From an uncultured Bauldia sp. (GTDB lineage: Bacteria > Pseudomonadota > Alphaproteobacteria > Rhizobiales > Kaistiaceae): a stretch of 52,389 nucleotides of DNA. Shown piece after piece: positions 36,499-45,837 of the stretch. The stretch is taken from positions 1 through 52,389 of the forward strand of contig CAYTXI010000001.1 of NCBI GenBank assembly GCA_964441935.1, given 5' to 3'. The notes under the pieces were generated by a model that was not told the origin of the DNA, searched no databases, and saw only the letters and a list, made by a program, of their open reading frames with translations. Both the position numbers and the translations under genes were made by a program. Numbering within the stretch: position 1 is the stretch's first letter; the number at the start of each line of letters is the position of its first letter.

Positions 36499-38493
36499 CT
36501 ACCAACCGCCGCCACCGCCTCCGCCACCGCCGCCACCTGATCCTCCGCCGCCACCGAATCCCGACGATGACGAGGAGGGGGCCGGGACCGCGCTCGCGAA
36601 GGAGCCTTGCGCCGCCGAGATCGCCGACGACATCGACCGGCCGAAATCGCCGCTGCCCCAGCCGCGTCCGCCGTGCCACACCGGCGCATACGCACCCGCC
36701 AGCGTCTCTCCGGGATGGGAGCGGGCGAAGGCGGCGGCGAAGGCGTCCGACCACGGCCGTTCCGCGTCGAGCGCGATGGCGTAGGGCAGCAGATGCTCGA
36801 AGTGGCCGGCATCGAAGTCCGGGGCGCCGGCCAGGTTGAACCGCCCAGTCTCGGCGGTGCGGATGTAGAGTTCCAGCCCTTCGATCTGGTCCATCACCAT
36901 CCGCCCAGCCGCCGTCGGGGCTCTGAGCAGGTAGTAGAAGAGGCCGTTCATCGCCGCGAAGCCGGCGACCAGCACGAACGGAAAGCTGTTGGCGAGGAAC
37001 GCCTCGAAGAGGCTGCCGGCGAAATCGTTTGGTAGCTCCTGGACGGCGCCGCCGACGATGGTCAAGAACACCGTGATTATGAAGGCGACGACCGCCAAGT
37101 GGAGCCCAGCCGAGACGACCGAGCGGACGCCCCGCGCACCGAAGAAGACGCGCAGCACCGGGACCACGATCATGCCGAGGAAGACACCGACGAAACCGGA
37201 GAGGATGAGGAGGACCAACTCGCCCTCGCGCAAACCGCCGAAGGCGAGCACCAGGCCCACCGCGCCGGCGGTCAGCGCCAACCCAACGATGAAATACCCG
37301 CGATTGCGGTCGAAGAAGCGGTGGCGGTTCTCCCGTTCCACTTGTTCCTTGAAGGTCTTGAAGACCTTGGCGACCTTCTTGCCGTTGGCGCTGTCGATGC
37401 TGATGCGGCCGCCGTTGCGGTCGATCCAGGTGAGGATGGCGCGTTCGCCGATCGGCAGGCCGGCCTTGTCCGCGCGGCCGGCCCCACCGGCGCGGCTCAG
37501 GAGCAACCCGTCGTCGGTGTCCTCGAACACCATGAGGCCCTTGACCGCGAGCGACACCGCCGCGGCCGTGAATTCGCGCCAGCCGCTCCAGCCGAAGCCG
37601 CGGATGTAACCGGCAAGCGCCGGCGAAATGCCCTCCGGCGGATGGAACAAGGGGATGACCGTTCCCTTCGGCAAGTCGCGGCCGACCGCGCCCCACGTCA
37701 CGATGTAGAAAATGAGCACGCCGAGGAAACCGGCCCCGCCGATGATGAACCGCCGATTGTCGAGATAGCGGTAATAGAGTGCCTGGAGACCGCTCGGCGG
37801 CACCACCAGGCCGCCCGGAATCTCGGCGACCACCGACAGGCCTTCACCGGGTTCGAGGGTGCGCGTGGTCGAGACTTCGAACCCGCCGTTCGGGAGTGTC
37901 CCGCCGGTGAAATCCCGGCCGCGCTCGCCGAACCGACCGGTGTAGGCCGTCCAGCGCGGCGGCGAGGCGCGCTCCGGCAGCCGCACGGTTGCGCTCGCTT
38001 GGCGAATTGGAAAGGCCCATTCGTTTCCGGTGACGTTCCAGAAGAGCTCGGTGTGGTCGGGCAGGAACCGGATCTGGCGGCCGGTCTGGTAGTGGATCTC
38101 GTAGGTGTAGACGTTTGGCGACAGGAACACGTCCGCCTCGCCGGCGTAGATGCGCACGCCCTCGGCGTTGCCGGCGGTGTGGTAGGGCTCCGGCGCGCCG
38201 TTCTTGGCGACGCCGATCAACCGGAAGCTGACCTGGTGGCTGTTGCCCGCTTCGTCGACGAAGGTCGTCGGGAAATCGCGGTAGATGCCGCGCTTGATGA
38301 GGTCGCCCTCGGCGCGCACTCGGATCGTCTCGGTGACGTCGAGCACGCCGTCGTTGCGCACGACGATCGTGGAATCGAACGCGAGGATTTCCTCGGCCGC
38401 CCTGAGCGGGCCAGCGAGCCCCGCGGCCACCAAAACCGCGGCGCAGGCCTGAGAGACCCTGGCAACGAAGGGAGACGTACGCCGCACCAGCAT
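36499..38493 (-). CDS. DUF2207-family membrane protein with poly-Gly C-terminal tail
   Basis: 664 aa. Signal peptide, a large N-terminal extracytoplasmic domain (FDSTIVVRNDGVLDVTETIRV...IKRGIYRDFPT), several TM helices, and the tail SSSSSGFGGGGGSGGGGGGGGGGGW. Immediately downstream of lemA, which is the usual pairing. Confidence 0.8.
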   Translation of the reverse strand: MLVRRTSPFVARVSQACAAVLVAAGLAGPLRAAEEILAFDSTIVVRNDGVLDVTETIRVRAEGDLIKRGIYRDFPTTFVDEAGNSHQVSFRLIGVAKNGAPEPYHTAGNAEGVRIYAGEADVFLSPNVYTYEIHYQTGRQIRFLPDHTELFWNVTGNEWAFPIRQASATVRLPERASPPRWTAYTGRFGERGRDFTGGTLPNGGFEVSTTRTLEPGEGLSVVAEIPGGLVVPPSGLQALYYRYLDNRRFIIGGAGFLGVLIFYIVTWGAVGRDLPKGTVIPLFHPPEGISPALAGYIRGFGWSGWREFTAAAVSLAVKGLMVFEDTDDGLLLSRAGGAGRADKAGLPIGERAILTWIDRNGGRISIDSANGKKVAKVFKTFKEQVERENRHRFFDRNRGYFIVGLALTAGAVGLVLAFGGLREGELVLLILSGFVGVFLGMIVVPVLRVFFGARGVRSVVSAGLHLAVVAFIITVFLTIVGGAVQELPNDFAGSLFEAFLANSFPFVLVAGFAAMNGLFYYLLRAPTAAGRMVMDQIEGLELYIRTAETGRFNLAGAPDFDAGHFEHLLPYAIALDAERPWSDAFAAAFARSHPGETLAGAYAPVWHGGRGWGSGDFGRSMSSAISAAQGSFASAVPAPSSSSSGFGGGGGSGGGGGGGGGGGW

Positions 38494-38505
38494 CGCTGGC
38501 CTCCG

Positions 38506-39066
38506 CTATCCGCTGAACGTGACCGCAGGAGCGGTTCGGTCCGTGTCGTCGATTTCGAAATAGTCGCGTTTGTGGAAGGCAAGCGCCCGCGCCACGAGGT
38601 TGCTCGGAAATGACTCGACCATCACGTTCAGGTTGCGCGTCGCGCCATTGTAGTAGCGCCGCGCCATCTGGATTTCGTCCTCGACGCCGGCGAGCGCAGC
38701 TTGCAGGTCACGGAAGTTCTGGCTGGCCTTGAGTTCCGGGTATGCCTCGGCCAGGGCCAAGAGCTTGCCGAGCGCCCCCGTCAGCATCCCTTCCAGCCGG
38801 CCCCGCTCGACGACCTCACCCTCCGCCAAACGGCCGACCGCGGATCTGAGCCCGGTGATCTCCTCGAACAGCGCCCGCTCGTGGCTGGCATAGCCCTTGA
38901 CGGTGTCGACGAGGTTGGGGACGAGATCGGCACGCCGCTTGAGCTGCACGTCGATGCCGCTCCAGCCCTCGGCCGCCATCTGCCGCGTCTTCACCAGTCG
39001 GTTAAAGAGGACGATGACGTAGACCGCGACCGCGGCTGCGATCGCCAGCACGACCCAGGTCGTCAT
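38506..39066 (-). CDS. lemA: LemA-family protein
   Basis: 186 aa. N-terminal TM, then LFNRLVKTRQMAAEGWSGIDVQLKRRADLVPNLVDTVKGYASHERALFEEIT, the LemA signature. Confidence 0.9.
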   Translation of the reverse strand: MTTWVVLAIAAAVAVYVIVLFNRLVKTRQMAAEGWSGIDVQLKRRADLVPNLVDTVKGYASHERALFEEITGLRSAVGRLAEGEVVERGRLEGMLTGALGKLLALAEAYPELKASQNFRDLQAALAGVEDEIQMARRYYNGATRNLNVMVESFPSNLVARALAFHKRDYFEIDDTDRTAPAVTFSG

Positions 39067-39167
39067 CGCATGGCTCCCCGCCTTTCGGGCGCTTTATCGC
39101 CCGAGTCGTGCGGGAAGGGAAGTTAGGGCGGTGGCACTGGGCATGATGGCCGATCCGACCCCCCGCT

Positions 39168-39740
39168 TTATTCGCCGTCTTCCAGCAGCGCCCTGAGGTG
39201 CCGCTGATACCGGCGCATCCGCATTTGATAGAAGGAGCCGGCCAAGACGTTCGGCAGGGCCTTCGCGGTGAGGTCGCCCACAAGCTCGGTGGTGGCCGAC
39301 ACCCGATACGTGAAGCGCGTCTCGGCCGGTCCGATCGCCGCAAACGTCCGCTCGACGGCGAGAGCCGGCGCGGCCCCGGACGCCGTCGCGTAGCGCACCG
39401 AGTTTGGCGCGTTTAACGCTTGGATTTTGGTAATCGTCACGTGATGGCCGTCGGGGCCGAGCTTCGCGTATTCGGTGTAGCGGCCTCCGACGTACATCGT
39501 GGGGGCGCCGCTGATACGCACGACCTCGTCGCGCCACAGGGCGTCGTTCGCTGCGTTCGCGGCGAAGGCGTAGGCTGATTCGACAGGTACCTTGATGTCA
39601 ACCGTTGCCTTCATCTGCACGATCGCACCGGTCGGCGTCTCCACGACGTGGGCGCATGCCGCAAGCTCTACCGCAGCGATTGCGAGCGCGACGACACCCG
39701 TCCATCGCGCGAATCCGCTCGTCGGCACCAGCCCCGGCAT
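39168..39740 (-). CDS. Probable lipoprotein with SRPBCC (START/polyketide-cyclase-like) fold
   Basis: ATG 39740 gives MPGLVPTSGFARWTGVVALAIAAVELAAC, a possible lipobox LAAC. The body VDIKVPVESAYAFAANAANDALWRDEV...RFTYRV looks SRPBCC-like. The track ORF extends to 39818, only 17 nt from the tRNA. Confidence 0.5.
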   Translation of the reverse strand: MPGLVPTSGFARWTGVVALAIAAVELAACAHVVETPTGAIVQMKATVDIKVPVESAYAFAANAANDALWRDEVVRISGAPTMYVGGRYTEYAKLGPDGHHVTITKIQALNAPNSVRYATASGAAPALAVERTFAAIGPAETRFTYRVSATTELVGDLTAKALPNVLAGSFYQMRMRRYQRHLRALLEDGE

Positions 39741-39834
39741 GGCCGCGACGATAGCATCGGCGCTCGCTAGATGGGCTTTCGCGTCCAAGCCCAGAACAGC
39801 CGCCAACGCCCACAACAAGAAGGATTTATGAAAA

Positions 39835-39924
39835 TGGCGGATGGGGTGGGATTCGAACCCACGAGACGGTTTCCCGCCTGCCGGTTTTCAAGACCGGTGC
39901 CTTCGACCACTCGGCCACCCATCC
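39835..39924 (-). tRNA. tRNA-Ser (anticodon UGA), class II with long variable arm, CCA encoded
   Basis: The reverse complement reads GGATGGG-TG-GCCGAGTGGTCGAAGGCA-C-CGGTCTTGAAAACCGG-CAGGCGGGAAACCGTCTC-GTGGGTTCGAATCCCAC-CCCATCC-G-CCA. The acceptor stem (7 bp), anticodon stem CCGGT/ACCGG with loop CTTGAAA, and T-arm GTGGG/CCCAC all pair. Confidence 0.9.
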
Positions 39925-40196
39925 GGCTCGGATTGTCAGTCACTTAGCAGGGCAGGGGAGTCGCTGAAAGGCGGAATTGCCCCGAATCGCCACCGCCAAC
40001 CCAAGCCGTTCGTTCCGATGATGTTCAAGGAGCAGTCGCTTCCTTCACGCGGCCGGCCGTGAGGAGCTCGGCGCGCTGGGTATGCACTACACCAGTACGC
40101 CGGACATTCTAAGGTGTTAAAGCCGCACTTTCTCGACAATCTCCGAGTGCGAATGGAGAACGCCGGCAACAACGCCCGCATGCTTCTTAGCCCGCG

Positions 40197-41339
40197 TCAC
40201 GCGGCCACCATATCATCGTGCTGTGCAGTCTGGGACGCCGATGACGCTTCGGTGGCGACGACCAGCAACCGCGCAGCGGAATCGAGGTCAAGGTGCTCAC
40301 GGATGGCACCCGCGAAAGGACCGCCGAAGGCTGCCAGAAGGCCGCCGGTTCCGGCAGCCCCGCTGATGCCCGTTTGAAGGCCACAGGCCCGTAGCTCGAC
40401 GGCCGCCGCTTCCGCCCACGAGTCCTCGATGGCGAGACAGCAACTGACCCCGGCGGCGAGAGTCGCATATGCGCTGAGCGACACGGTCCCACATTGGAGG
40501 CAACTCATCGCCGACACCTCACTTGCCGACACCGCGATCGGCTCTCCAGCGGCAAGCGCCGTGGTCACACAGGCGGCCGACTCTGGCTCGACTATGATGA
40601 CCCGCGGCGCACGGCCGCGCCGCGTGCGCCGGGCCCACTTTGTAGCGGCCGACGCCAGTCCGCCGACCCCGGCCTGAACCGACACCGCATCAATGCGGTC
40701 GTCTCCGGACAGCGCGAGCCGCTGCTCGACCTCGCCGAAGGCAGTCGAATAGCCGGCCGTCACCAGCCGAGGGACGATGTCGGAGGCCGAGCGGGCCGTG
40801 TCTGTAATGAGTACCGTGTCGGGGTCGCCCGCCGCCTCGATAGCGGCATCGACTGACGCGTCATAGACGCCGTCGATAACGGTCAGCTCGGCGCCCTCCG
40901 CCTCAATGGCCTCGCAGCGGCCCTTCGACACGAAGTTCGGCACGAAGATGCGCGCGTGGAGGTCGAGCCACCGTGCCACCCGCGCCACCGCGCGGCCGTG
41001 GTTGCCGTCGGTGGCGGCAATCAGCGTCAGCGGACGCAGCGGCGCGACCCAAGCCCGCAGCTTGTCGTAGGTGAGCGGGCCATCCGGGGCGGGACCGAGC
41101 CGCTCACGGAGCGCGGCATAGGTTGCCCATGATGCACCGAGAATCTTGAACGATGGCAGCCCGAAACGCGCAGTCTCATCCTTGACAAAGACCTTGGCAA
41201 CGCCGAGCCGCTCGGCGAGGTGCGGCGCCTCCAGCAACGGCGAGGGTCGGTAGTCCGGTAGGCGGCGATGGAAGTCGATCGGCCGGTCCGTGCTCGTCGT
41301 CTCCAGCGTTTCGAGTGGCTGCCTCAACAGGACGCGCAT
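40197..41339 (-). CDS. PLP-dependent enzyme of the diaminopropionate ammonia-lyase / threonine-dehydratase (fold type II) family
   Basis: 380 aa. HRRLPDYRPSPLLEAPHLAERLGVAKVFVKDETARFGLPSFKILGASWA contains the Schiff-base Lys context (KDE-x-x-RF-x-L-x-[AS]FK-x-LG) that I associate with DAP ammonia-lyase. ATDGNHGRAVA also fits. Starts 39 nt after the synthetase stop on the same strand. Confidence 0.7.
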   Translation of the reverse strand: MRVLLRQPLETLETTSTDRPIDFHRRLPDYRPSPLLEAPHLAERLGVAKVFVKDETARFGLPSFKILGASWATYAALRERLGPAPDGPLTYDKLRAWVAPLRPLTLIAATDGNHGRAVARVARWLDLHARIFVPNFVSKGRCEAIEAEGAELTVIDGVYDASVDAAIEAAGDPDTVLITDTARSASDIVPRLVTAGYSTAFGEVEQRLALSGDDRIDAVSVQAGVGGLASAATKWARRTRRGRAPRVIIVEPESAACVTTALAAGEPIAVSASEVSAMSCLQCGTVSLSAYATLAAGVSCCLAIEDSWAEAAAVELRACGLQTGISGAAGTGGLLAAFGGPFAGAIREHLDLDSAARLLVVATEASSASQTAQHDDMVAA

Positions 41340-41378
41340 GACGCAAACTCCATCCAGACCCCGGACGCCCTGCCTCGC

Positions 41379-44300
41379 CTACGCCGCACACGCCGGAGCA
41401 CGCGTCTCCGCGGCGTCCGGCCCCACATTCTTGAATGCCGTGCCACCGACCGCCTTTGCCGGATTGCCGCGCCACGTCGTGTTTGAATCGACGATCTCTC
41501 CCTTCATCAGGAAGGAATCGGTACCGAGCACGACGTAGTCTCCCATCGTCACGCCGTAGTGCACGTTCGACGCAACGCCCAGCGTGCAGCCCGTGCCGAT
41601 CTTCACGTAGTCGGATTTGAAGACGCCTTCCTCGAGCGAGTGCGGCTGCACCACGCATTCGGCGTTGACGTTCACGTAGTCGCCGACCTCGATCAGTGTG
41701 TACTCGTCGAAGTTGCTGCCGTCGTCGAAGCACTTCTTGCCGATCTTCACGCCCTGAAGACGCGAGATGATGGTGCGGAAGGGAGTTCCGTTGAAGAACG
41801 GCTCGATGAGCCACAGCCCGGTCAGCTTCCAGTGGCGCTCGTGGAACCAGAAATACTCATCGAGCAGCGAGACGACCTTGGGCGTCAGTCGGCCGAAGCG
41901 CAGCACGGACCGTTCGGCGAACCACAGCCAGAATATTCCGAAGAAGAGGGAGAATGCGGCGTAGGCGTAAACCCCGGCGATGCCGTACACGGGGTAGTAG
42001 ACCAGAGCCAGCAGCCCGGCGCACGTGCCGACAAAGAGCTGGAACCAGTTGGTGAGGAGGAACAGCGCCCCCGTCACGAGATTGTAGCGGTTCTTCGCGT
42101 GGAGTTGACGCTCGCGCGTCGCATCATCCATCTGCGCTAGCTCTAGGTCCCGGCTGGTAGCACGCGGAATCTCGAAGGCGGGGGAACCAAGCAGCCCGAC
42201 ATTCTCGCGAATCGGACCGTCGATGGGCACCAGCGCCTTGGTCCCAAGGAGAACGTTGGCGCCCATCTTGGAGTCGGCCGGGATGCGAACGTAGTTGCCC
42301 AGGTAGTTGTGCTCGCCGACCTTCACCGTGCTGACCTTGAAGGCCTCGTGCGACATCGTCTTGTTCATCATCTTCAGCCCCCCCGACACCATCGTCCCGG
42401 TGCCGATGTCGCACAGGAACGGATTGTCGTGGCGCTGATCCATGCCGAAGTTGGAGCCGGTCTGGATGATCGTGTTCAGGCGATAACCGATCCATCCCAG
42501 GTAATGGACGATGGCGGAACTGTCGCCGAAAAGCCGATTGTAGAAGACGGAGTTCGTCATCCCCGAAATCCACTGGTGGACGAAATGATGCCAGCCATAG
42601 AGGACGTAGGTCTTGTCCGTCTCCAGCAGTCTATTCAGCAGCCTTGCGATGAGGCTTATGGAAAGCAGAGCCAGCGGAACACCGATGAAGAACACGGTCA
42701 GCGTTGCCAGCAACGTCTCGCCGCCGAGAGCGAGCAGCGCGTTTGCTGGCGCGTCGTAGGGAAACTGTCCCACGATGAGCTCGTAGATATGCGGGAACAG
42801 CGCGTAGAGGATGATCACTGGGATCGGCGCCAGCACGAAGCCCGTGAGGATGAAGCTGGTCGGATAAGCCCAGCGACGGAAGGTGGAGCACGTCTTCGGC
42901 TCGATCACGCAATAGTCGGCGGTCGTCTCCTGGGCGGGGCATCCGTGGTAATGCTTGCCCTTGGGGATGCGCTGGCCGCTGTGTAGGGACGACGCGTGCC
43001 CAAGCTGGGTGTCGTCCTCCATCGTGGTGTCGATGTCGAGGATGCCGGCCTCGCCCACGAAGGCGTTGGAGCCGATCGTGACCGCGCCGGTGTGGATATA
43101 GTTCGACTGCGCTTTGTATCCCTGGAGGATTGCGTCCTTGCTGATCACCGTGTTCGCGCCGATCGAGATGAGATCGGTGCAGACGGGCATGGACTTGGCT
43201 TGGATCACCGTGTTCGCGCCGATCTTAGCGCCAAGAAGCCGAAGATAGAGGTTGTAGTAAGGGGCGCCGAAGCGAGCGATCGGCGCGCTGCGAACAAAAC
43301 CCCTGAGAGCCCAAAAGCGAAAGTAGCGAAGACTCCAGATCGGGATGACCTCCGGCTTCCACTTTCCGATCACCAGCCATTTCACGGCGAGCGGTACGAT
43401 CGTGGTGAGCACGAGGAGGGCGGCGGCGAGCATCTCAACGCGCAGGAAGACTGTGCCGTAGTCGGGCATCGCCGCGTAGGTCCAGCGGATCGAGGCGACG
43501 AAGACCCACACGCCGATGGCCATCCAACCGACATACCAGGCAAGCTGCAGCGCCCCGCAGCGGTAGTAATCGAGGTCGGAGGGAATGTGGAACGGTAGCG
43601 CCCCCTGCTCGCCTTCCTCCGACTCCTCCTCCGGCAGGAAATCGATGTGGCGGGCGAGCTTCTCGATCGTTGGGTTGAGGTAGATGTCCTGCATGGACAC
43701 GGCGGAGATGTTCAGCCGCCTGCGAATATCGGCGCTGAAGCGCGCCATAAGTAGCGAGTGGCCGCCAAGATCGGAGAAGAAGTTGTCCTCTACGGAGGCG
43801 CGCTCGATTCGCATGACCTCGATGAGGGCATCAGAAAGCGCCTTCTCGGTCGCTGTCCTCGGCGCAACGTACTTGCTGCTCGAAACCGATAGACGCGGCC
43901 CCGTCGGTGCCGGCAGATTCTTACGATCCGCCTTGTTGTTCGACGTCATCGGAATAAGCGGCAGCTCTTCGAGATAGGCGGGCACCATGTAGCCGGGGAG
44001 GCGACGGCGCAGCGTCTCCAGCACATCGCTCAGCGAGACGTACGGCGCTCCCTGTTTGCGCGTGAAGTAAGCCACCAGTTCAGTCGCGCCGGGCTCAGCT
44101 TCGTAAGGATTCGCGACTGCCTGTGAGATGTGCGGCAGTTCCAGAAGCACTGCCTCGATCTCCTCAAGCTCAACACGGTAGCCGCGGATCTTGATCTGGG
44201 TGTCGATGCGGCCGTGGAACTCGAGCTCGCCGTCTTCGCGGATGCGGCCAAGATCGCCCGTGCGGTAGATGCGCTTCGATGGATTGTTGGGGAGATCGAG

Positions 44301-45455
44301 AAAGTCGGAAATGAACTTCTGCTTAGTCAGCTCCTCGCGATTGAGGTAGCCGAGCGCGAGCCCGATGCCGGCGATGCCGATTTCACCAATCGCGCCGTGC
44401 TCGACGACCGCGTCCTTGTGCTCATCGAGGATCACCACCGTGTAGGTCGGCAGCGGCCGACCGATGGTGACTGGGCTTTCCGGCTCGAGCTTCCGCAACG
44501 TCGAGCTGACCGAGCACTCAGTTGGTCCGTAGGCGTTGAGAATCGTGCGCCCCGGACGGTGCCAGCGGACCACGAGATTGTGCGGTACCGCTTCGCCCGA
44601 CAGGAGCACGATGCGCACGTCCGGAAGGTCCGCTTCCAAAGTGGCCCAGAGTGTCGGCACGCAGGGCAGCACCGTCACCCGCTGCTCCCGCAGGAACGCA
44701 TGCAGATCGCCGCCGAACAACGTGCCACTCGACTTGCCGGCGATCAGCGTCGCACCGGAGATCAGCGGAACCCACAGATCCTCGACATGGAAGTCGAAGG
44801 CGAGCGTCATTCCCTGATAACAGCGGTCGTCCTCACGGACGCCGTAGACTTCTTTGGCGACCTTGACGAAGTTGCAGATGCCAGCGTGCTCGATCGCCAC
44901 GCCCTTGGGCTTGCCGGTCGTTCCGGACGTGTAGATGATGTAGAAGAGCCGGTCACTCGACGCCGGCTTTTCATCGAGTCTGAGTCGGGCCTCGGATCGC
45001 GCGCCGATCATCGGCTGGTCGAGGTCGACGAATATCCGCGGCACGTCGAACTCGGCAAGCTTGTCGCGGAACCGCGACACCGAGACGACGGCACTGATGC
45101 CCGCGTCCTCCAAAATGAACCCGATGCGATCCGCGGGAAAACCGGCGTCGAGCGGCACGTACGCAGCGCCGAGCTTCACGACTGCCAAAAGCGTCGTGTA
45201 GGCGTGCACCGACTTGTCGAACAGCAGCCCGACGCGGTCGCCCGGCTTCAGGCCCCGGCCGAGGAGGTGGCGCGCGACCTGATTGGCTTGGTTGTCCAGC
45301 TCGCGAAACGTGAGGGCGACGTTTTCGGCGACGATCGCCAGGTGATCGGCAGGCAGTTCGTCACAGCGTTGCTCAAACACTTGGTCGAGCCGTTCATCCT
45401 CGAGCCAACGAACTTCATTGTTGAAATCTGTACAGAGAAGAGGATTAGCGTGCAT
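41379..45455 (-). CDS. Pls/PosA-type single-module membrane NRPS (homopoly-amino-acid synthetase-like): A - T - [TM1 TM2 - LbH1] - [TM3 TM4 - LbH2] - [TM5 TM6 - LbH3]
   Basis: 1358 aa. Adenylation motifs: YIIYTSGTTGKPKGV (aa 173-187), FDFHVEDLW (220-228), NAYGPTE (307-313), YRTGDL (397-402), GRIDTQIKIRGYRVELEEIE (415-434), TSNNKADRK (504-512). Carrier motif FFSDLGGHSLL with Ser567 (nt 43755-43757). There is no condensation or thioesterase domain. Instead three pairs of hydrophobic helices (about aa 634-696, 862-938, 1124-1182) alternate with three hexapeptide-repeat-like soluble segments (about aa 735-835, 975-1095, 1215-1335, e.g. IGANTVIQAKSMPVCTDLISIGANTVISKDAIL). Confidence 0.85.
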   Translation of the reverse strand: MHANPLLCTDFNNEVRWLEDERLDQVFEQRCDELPADHLAIVAENVALTFRELDNQANQVARHLLGRGLKPGDRVGLLFDKSVHAYTTLLAVVKLGAAYVPLDAGFPADRIGFILEDAGISAVVSVSRFRDKLAEFDVPRIFVDLDQPMIGARSEARLRLDEKPASSDRLFYIIYTSGTTGKPKGVAIEHAGICNFVKVAKEVYGVREDDRCYQGMTLAFDFHVEDLWVPLISGATLIAGKSSGTLFGGDLHAFLREQRVTVLPCVPTLWATLEADLPDVRIVLLSGEAVPHNLVVRWHRPGRTILNAYGPTECSVSSTLRKLEPESPVTIGRPLPTYTVVILDEHKDAVVEHGAIGEIGIAGIGLALGYLNREELTKQKFISDFLDLPNNPSKRIYRTGDLGRIREDGELEFHGRIDTQIKIRGYRVELEEIEAVLLELPHISQAVANPYEAEPGATELVAYFTRKQGAPYVSLSDVLETLRRRLPGYMVPAYLEELPLIPMTSNNKADRKNLPAPTGPRLSVSSSKYVAPRTATEKALSDALIEVMRIERASVEDNFFSDLGGHSLLMARFSADIRRRLNISAVSMQDIYLNPTIEKLARHIDFLPEEESEEGEQGALPFHIPSDLDYYRCGALQLAWYVGWMAIGVWVFVASIRWTYAAMPDYGTVFLRVEMLAAALLVLTTIVPLAVKWLVIGKWKPEVIPIWSLRYFRFWALRGFVRSAPIARFGAPYYNLYLRLLGAKIGANTVIQAKSMPVCTDLISIGANTVISKDAILQGYKAQSNYIHTGAVTIGSNAFVGEAGILDIDTTMEDDTQLGHASSLHSGQRIPKGKHYHGCPAQETTADYCVIEPKTCSTFRRWAYPTSFILTGFVLAPIPVIILYALFPHIYELIVGQFPYDAPANALLALGGETLLATLTVFFIGVPLALLSISLIARLLNRLLETDKTYVLYGWHHFVHQWISGMTNSVFYNRLFGDSSAIVHYLGWIGYRLNTIIQTGSNFGMDQRHDNPFLCDIGTGTMVSGGLKMMNKTMSHEAFKVSTVKVGEHNYLGNYVRIPADSKMGANVLLGTKALVPIDGPIRENVGLLGSPAFEIPRATSRDLELAQMDDATRERQLHAKNRYNLVTGALFLLTNWFQLFVGTCAGLLALVYYPVYGIAGVYAYAAFSLFFGIFWLWFAERSVLRFGRLTPKVVSLLDEYFWFHERHWKLTGLWLIEPFFNGTPFRTIISRLQGVKIGKKCFDDGSNFDEYTLIEVGDYVNVNAECVVQPHSLEEGVFKSDYVKIGTGCTLGVASNVHYGVTMGDYVVLGTDSFLMKGEIVDSNTTWRGNPAKAVGGTAFKNVGPDAAETRAPACAA

Positions 45456-45837
45456 TTTAAGTATAAGTCCGCAATTTCACGCCCAAATAACCGATCGATA
45501 GGTCGCCGATCCAAACAATTCCACCGCCCGATCTGCGTCTGTACCCATCCCGCAGGTCATTCTCGGGAAGTGAGTTGCTTCGGCGGCGACCTCAGATCAC
45601 CTCGACCCTTTTGCGTTTAACCATGTTGAGTGTTCTTCGAACCGCGCCAGATTCTTCCGCTTTCGAAGTATTAATGAATGGTATAAAAGATGAGTCAACT
45701 AGACACGGAAGAACAAAGTAAAAATTTAACATTAACAACGGCGACTGTTTATGCAGGGCGGGATCCAGAACCGCGCCATGACCGAGTCGCTAGCGGCGAA
45801 AGCTGCCGTCCCGCAGAAAAGGGGTCAGCGTGAAACG
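45456..45837. promoter_or_regulatory. AT-rich divergent promoter region between the synthetase and the transaminase gene
   Basis: 382 nt. The stretch 45661-45750 (tttcgaagtattaatgaatggtataaaagatgagtcaactagacacggaagaacaaagtaaaaatttaacattaacaac) is far more AT-rich than anything in the flanking housekeeping DNA. A 7-bp inverted repeat cttcgaa (45635-45641) / ttcgaag (45662-45668) is present. Confidence 0.5.

Noticed and set aside
39085-39104. Hairpin tcgggcg-ctttat-cgcccga between the SRPBCC-like gene and lemA, considered as a terminator.
   Set aside because: The stem is only 7 bp and no U-tract follows on the relevant (minus) strand. The evidence is too weak to annotate.
39835-39924. tRNA-Ser as the attachment site of an integrated genomic island carrying the synthetase cluster.
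   Set aside because: The cluster lies on the 5' side of the tRNA, whereas integrases normally target the 3' end. No integrase, excisionase or IS element is present, and I saw no duplicated tRNA 3' segment. It is kept only as a weak compositional observation under findings.
39925-40196. Track ORFs 39936-40181 (-) and 40114-40377 (+) between the tRNA and the PLP-enzyme gene.
   Set aside because: Both are short with no RBS and no recognisable motif. One overlaps the 3' end of the PLP gene. The region is treated as non-coding.
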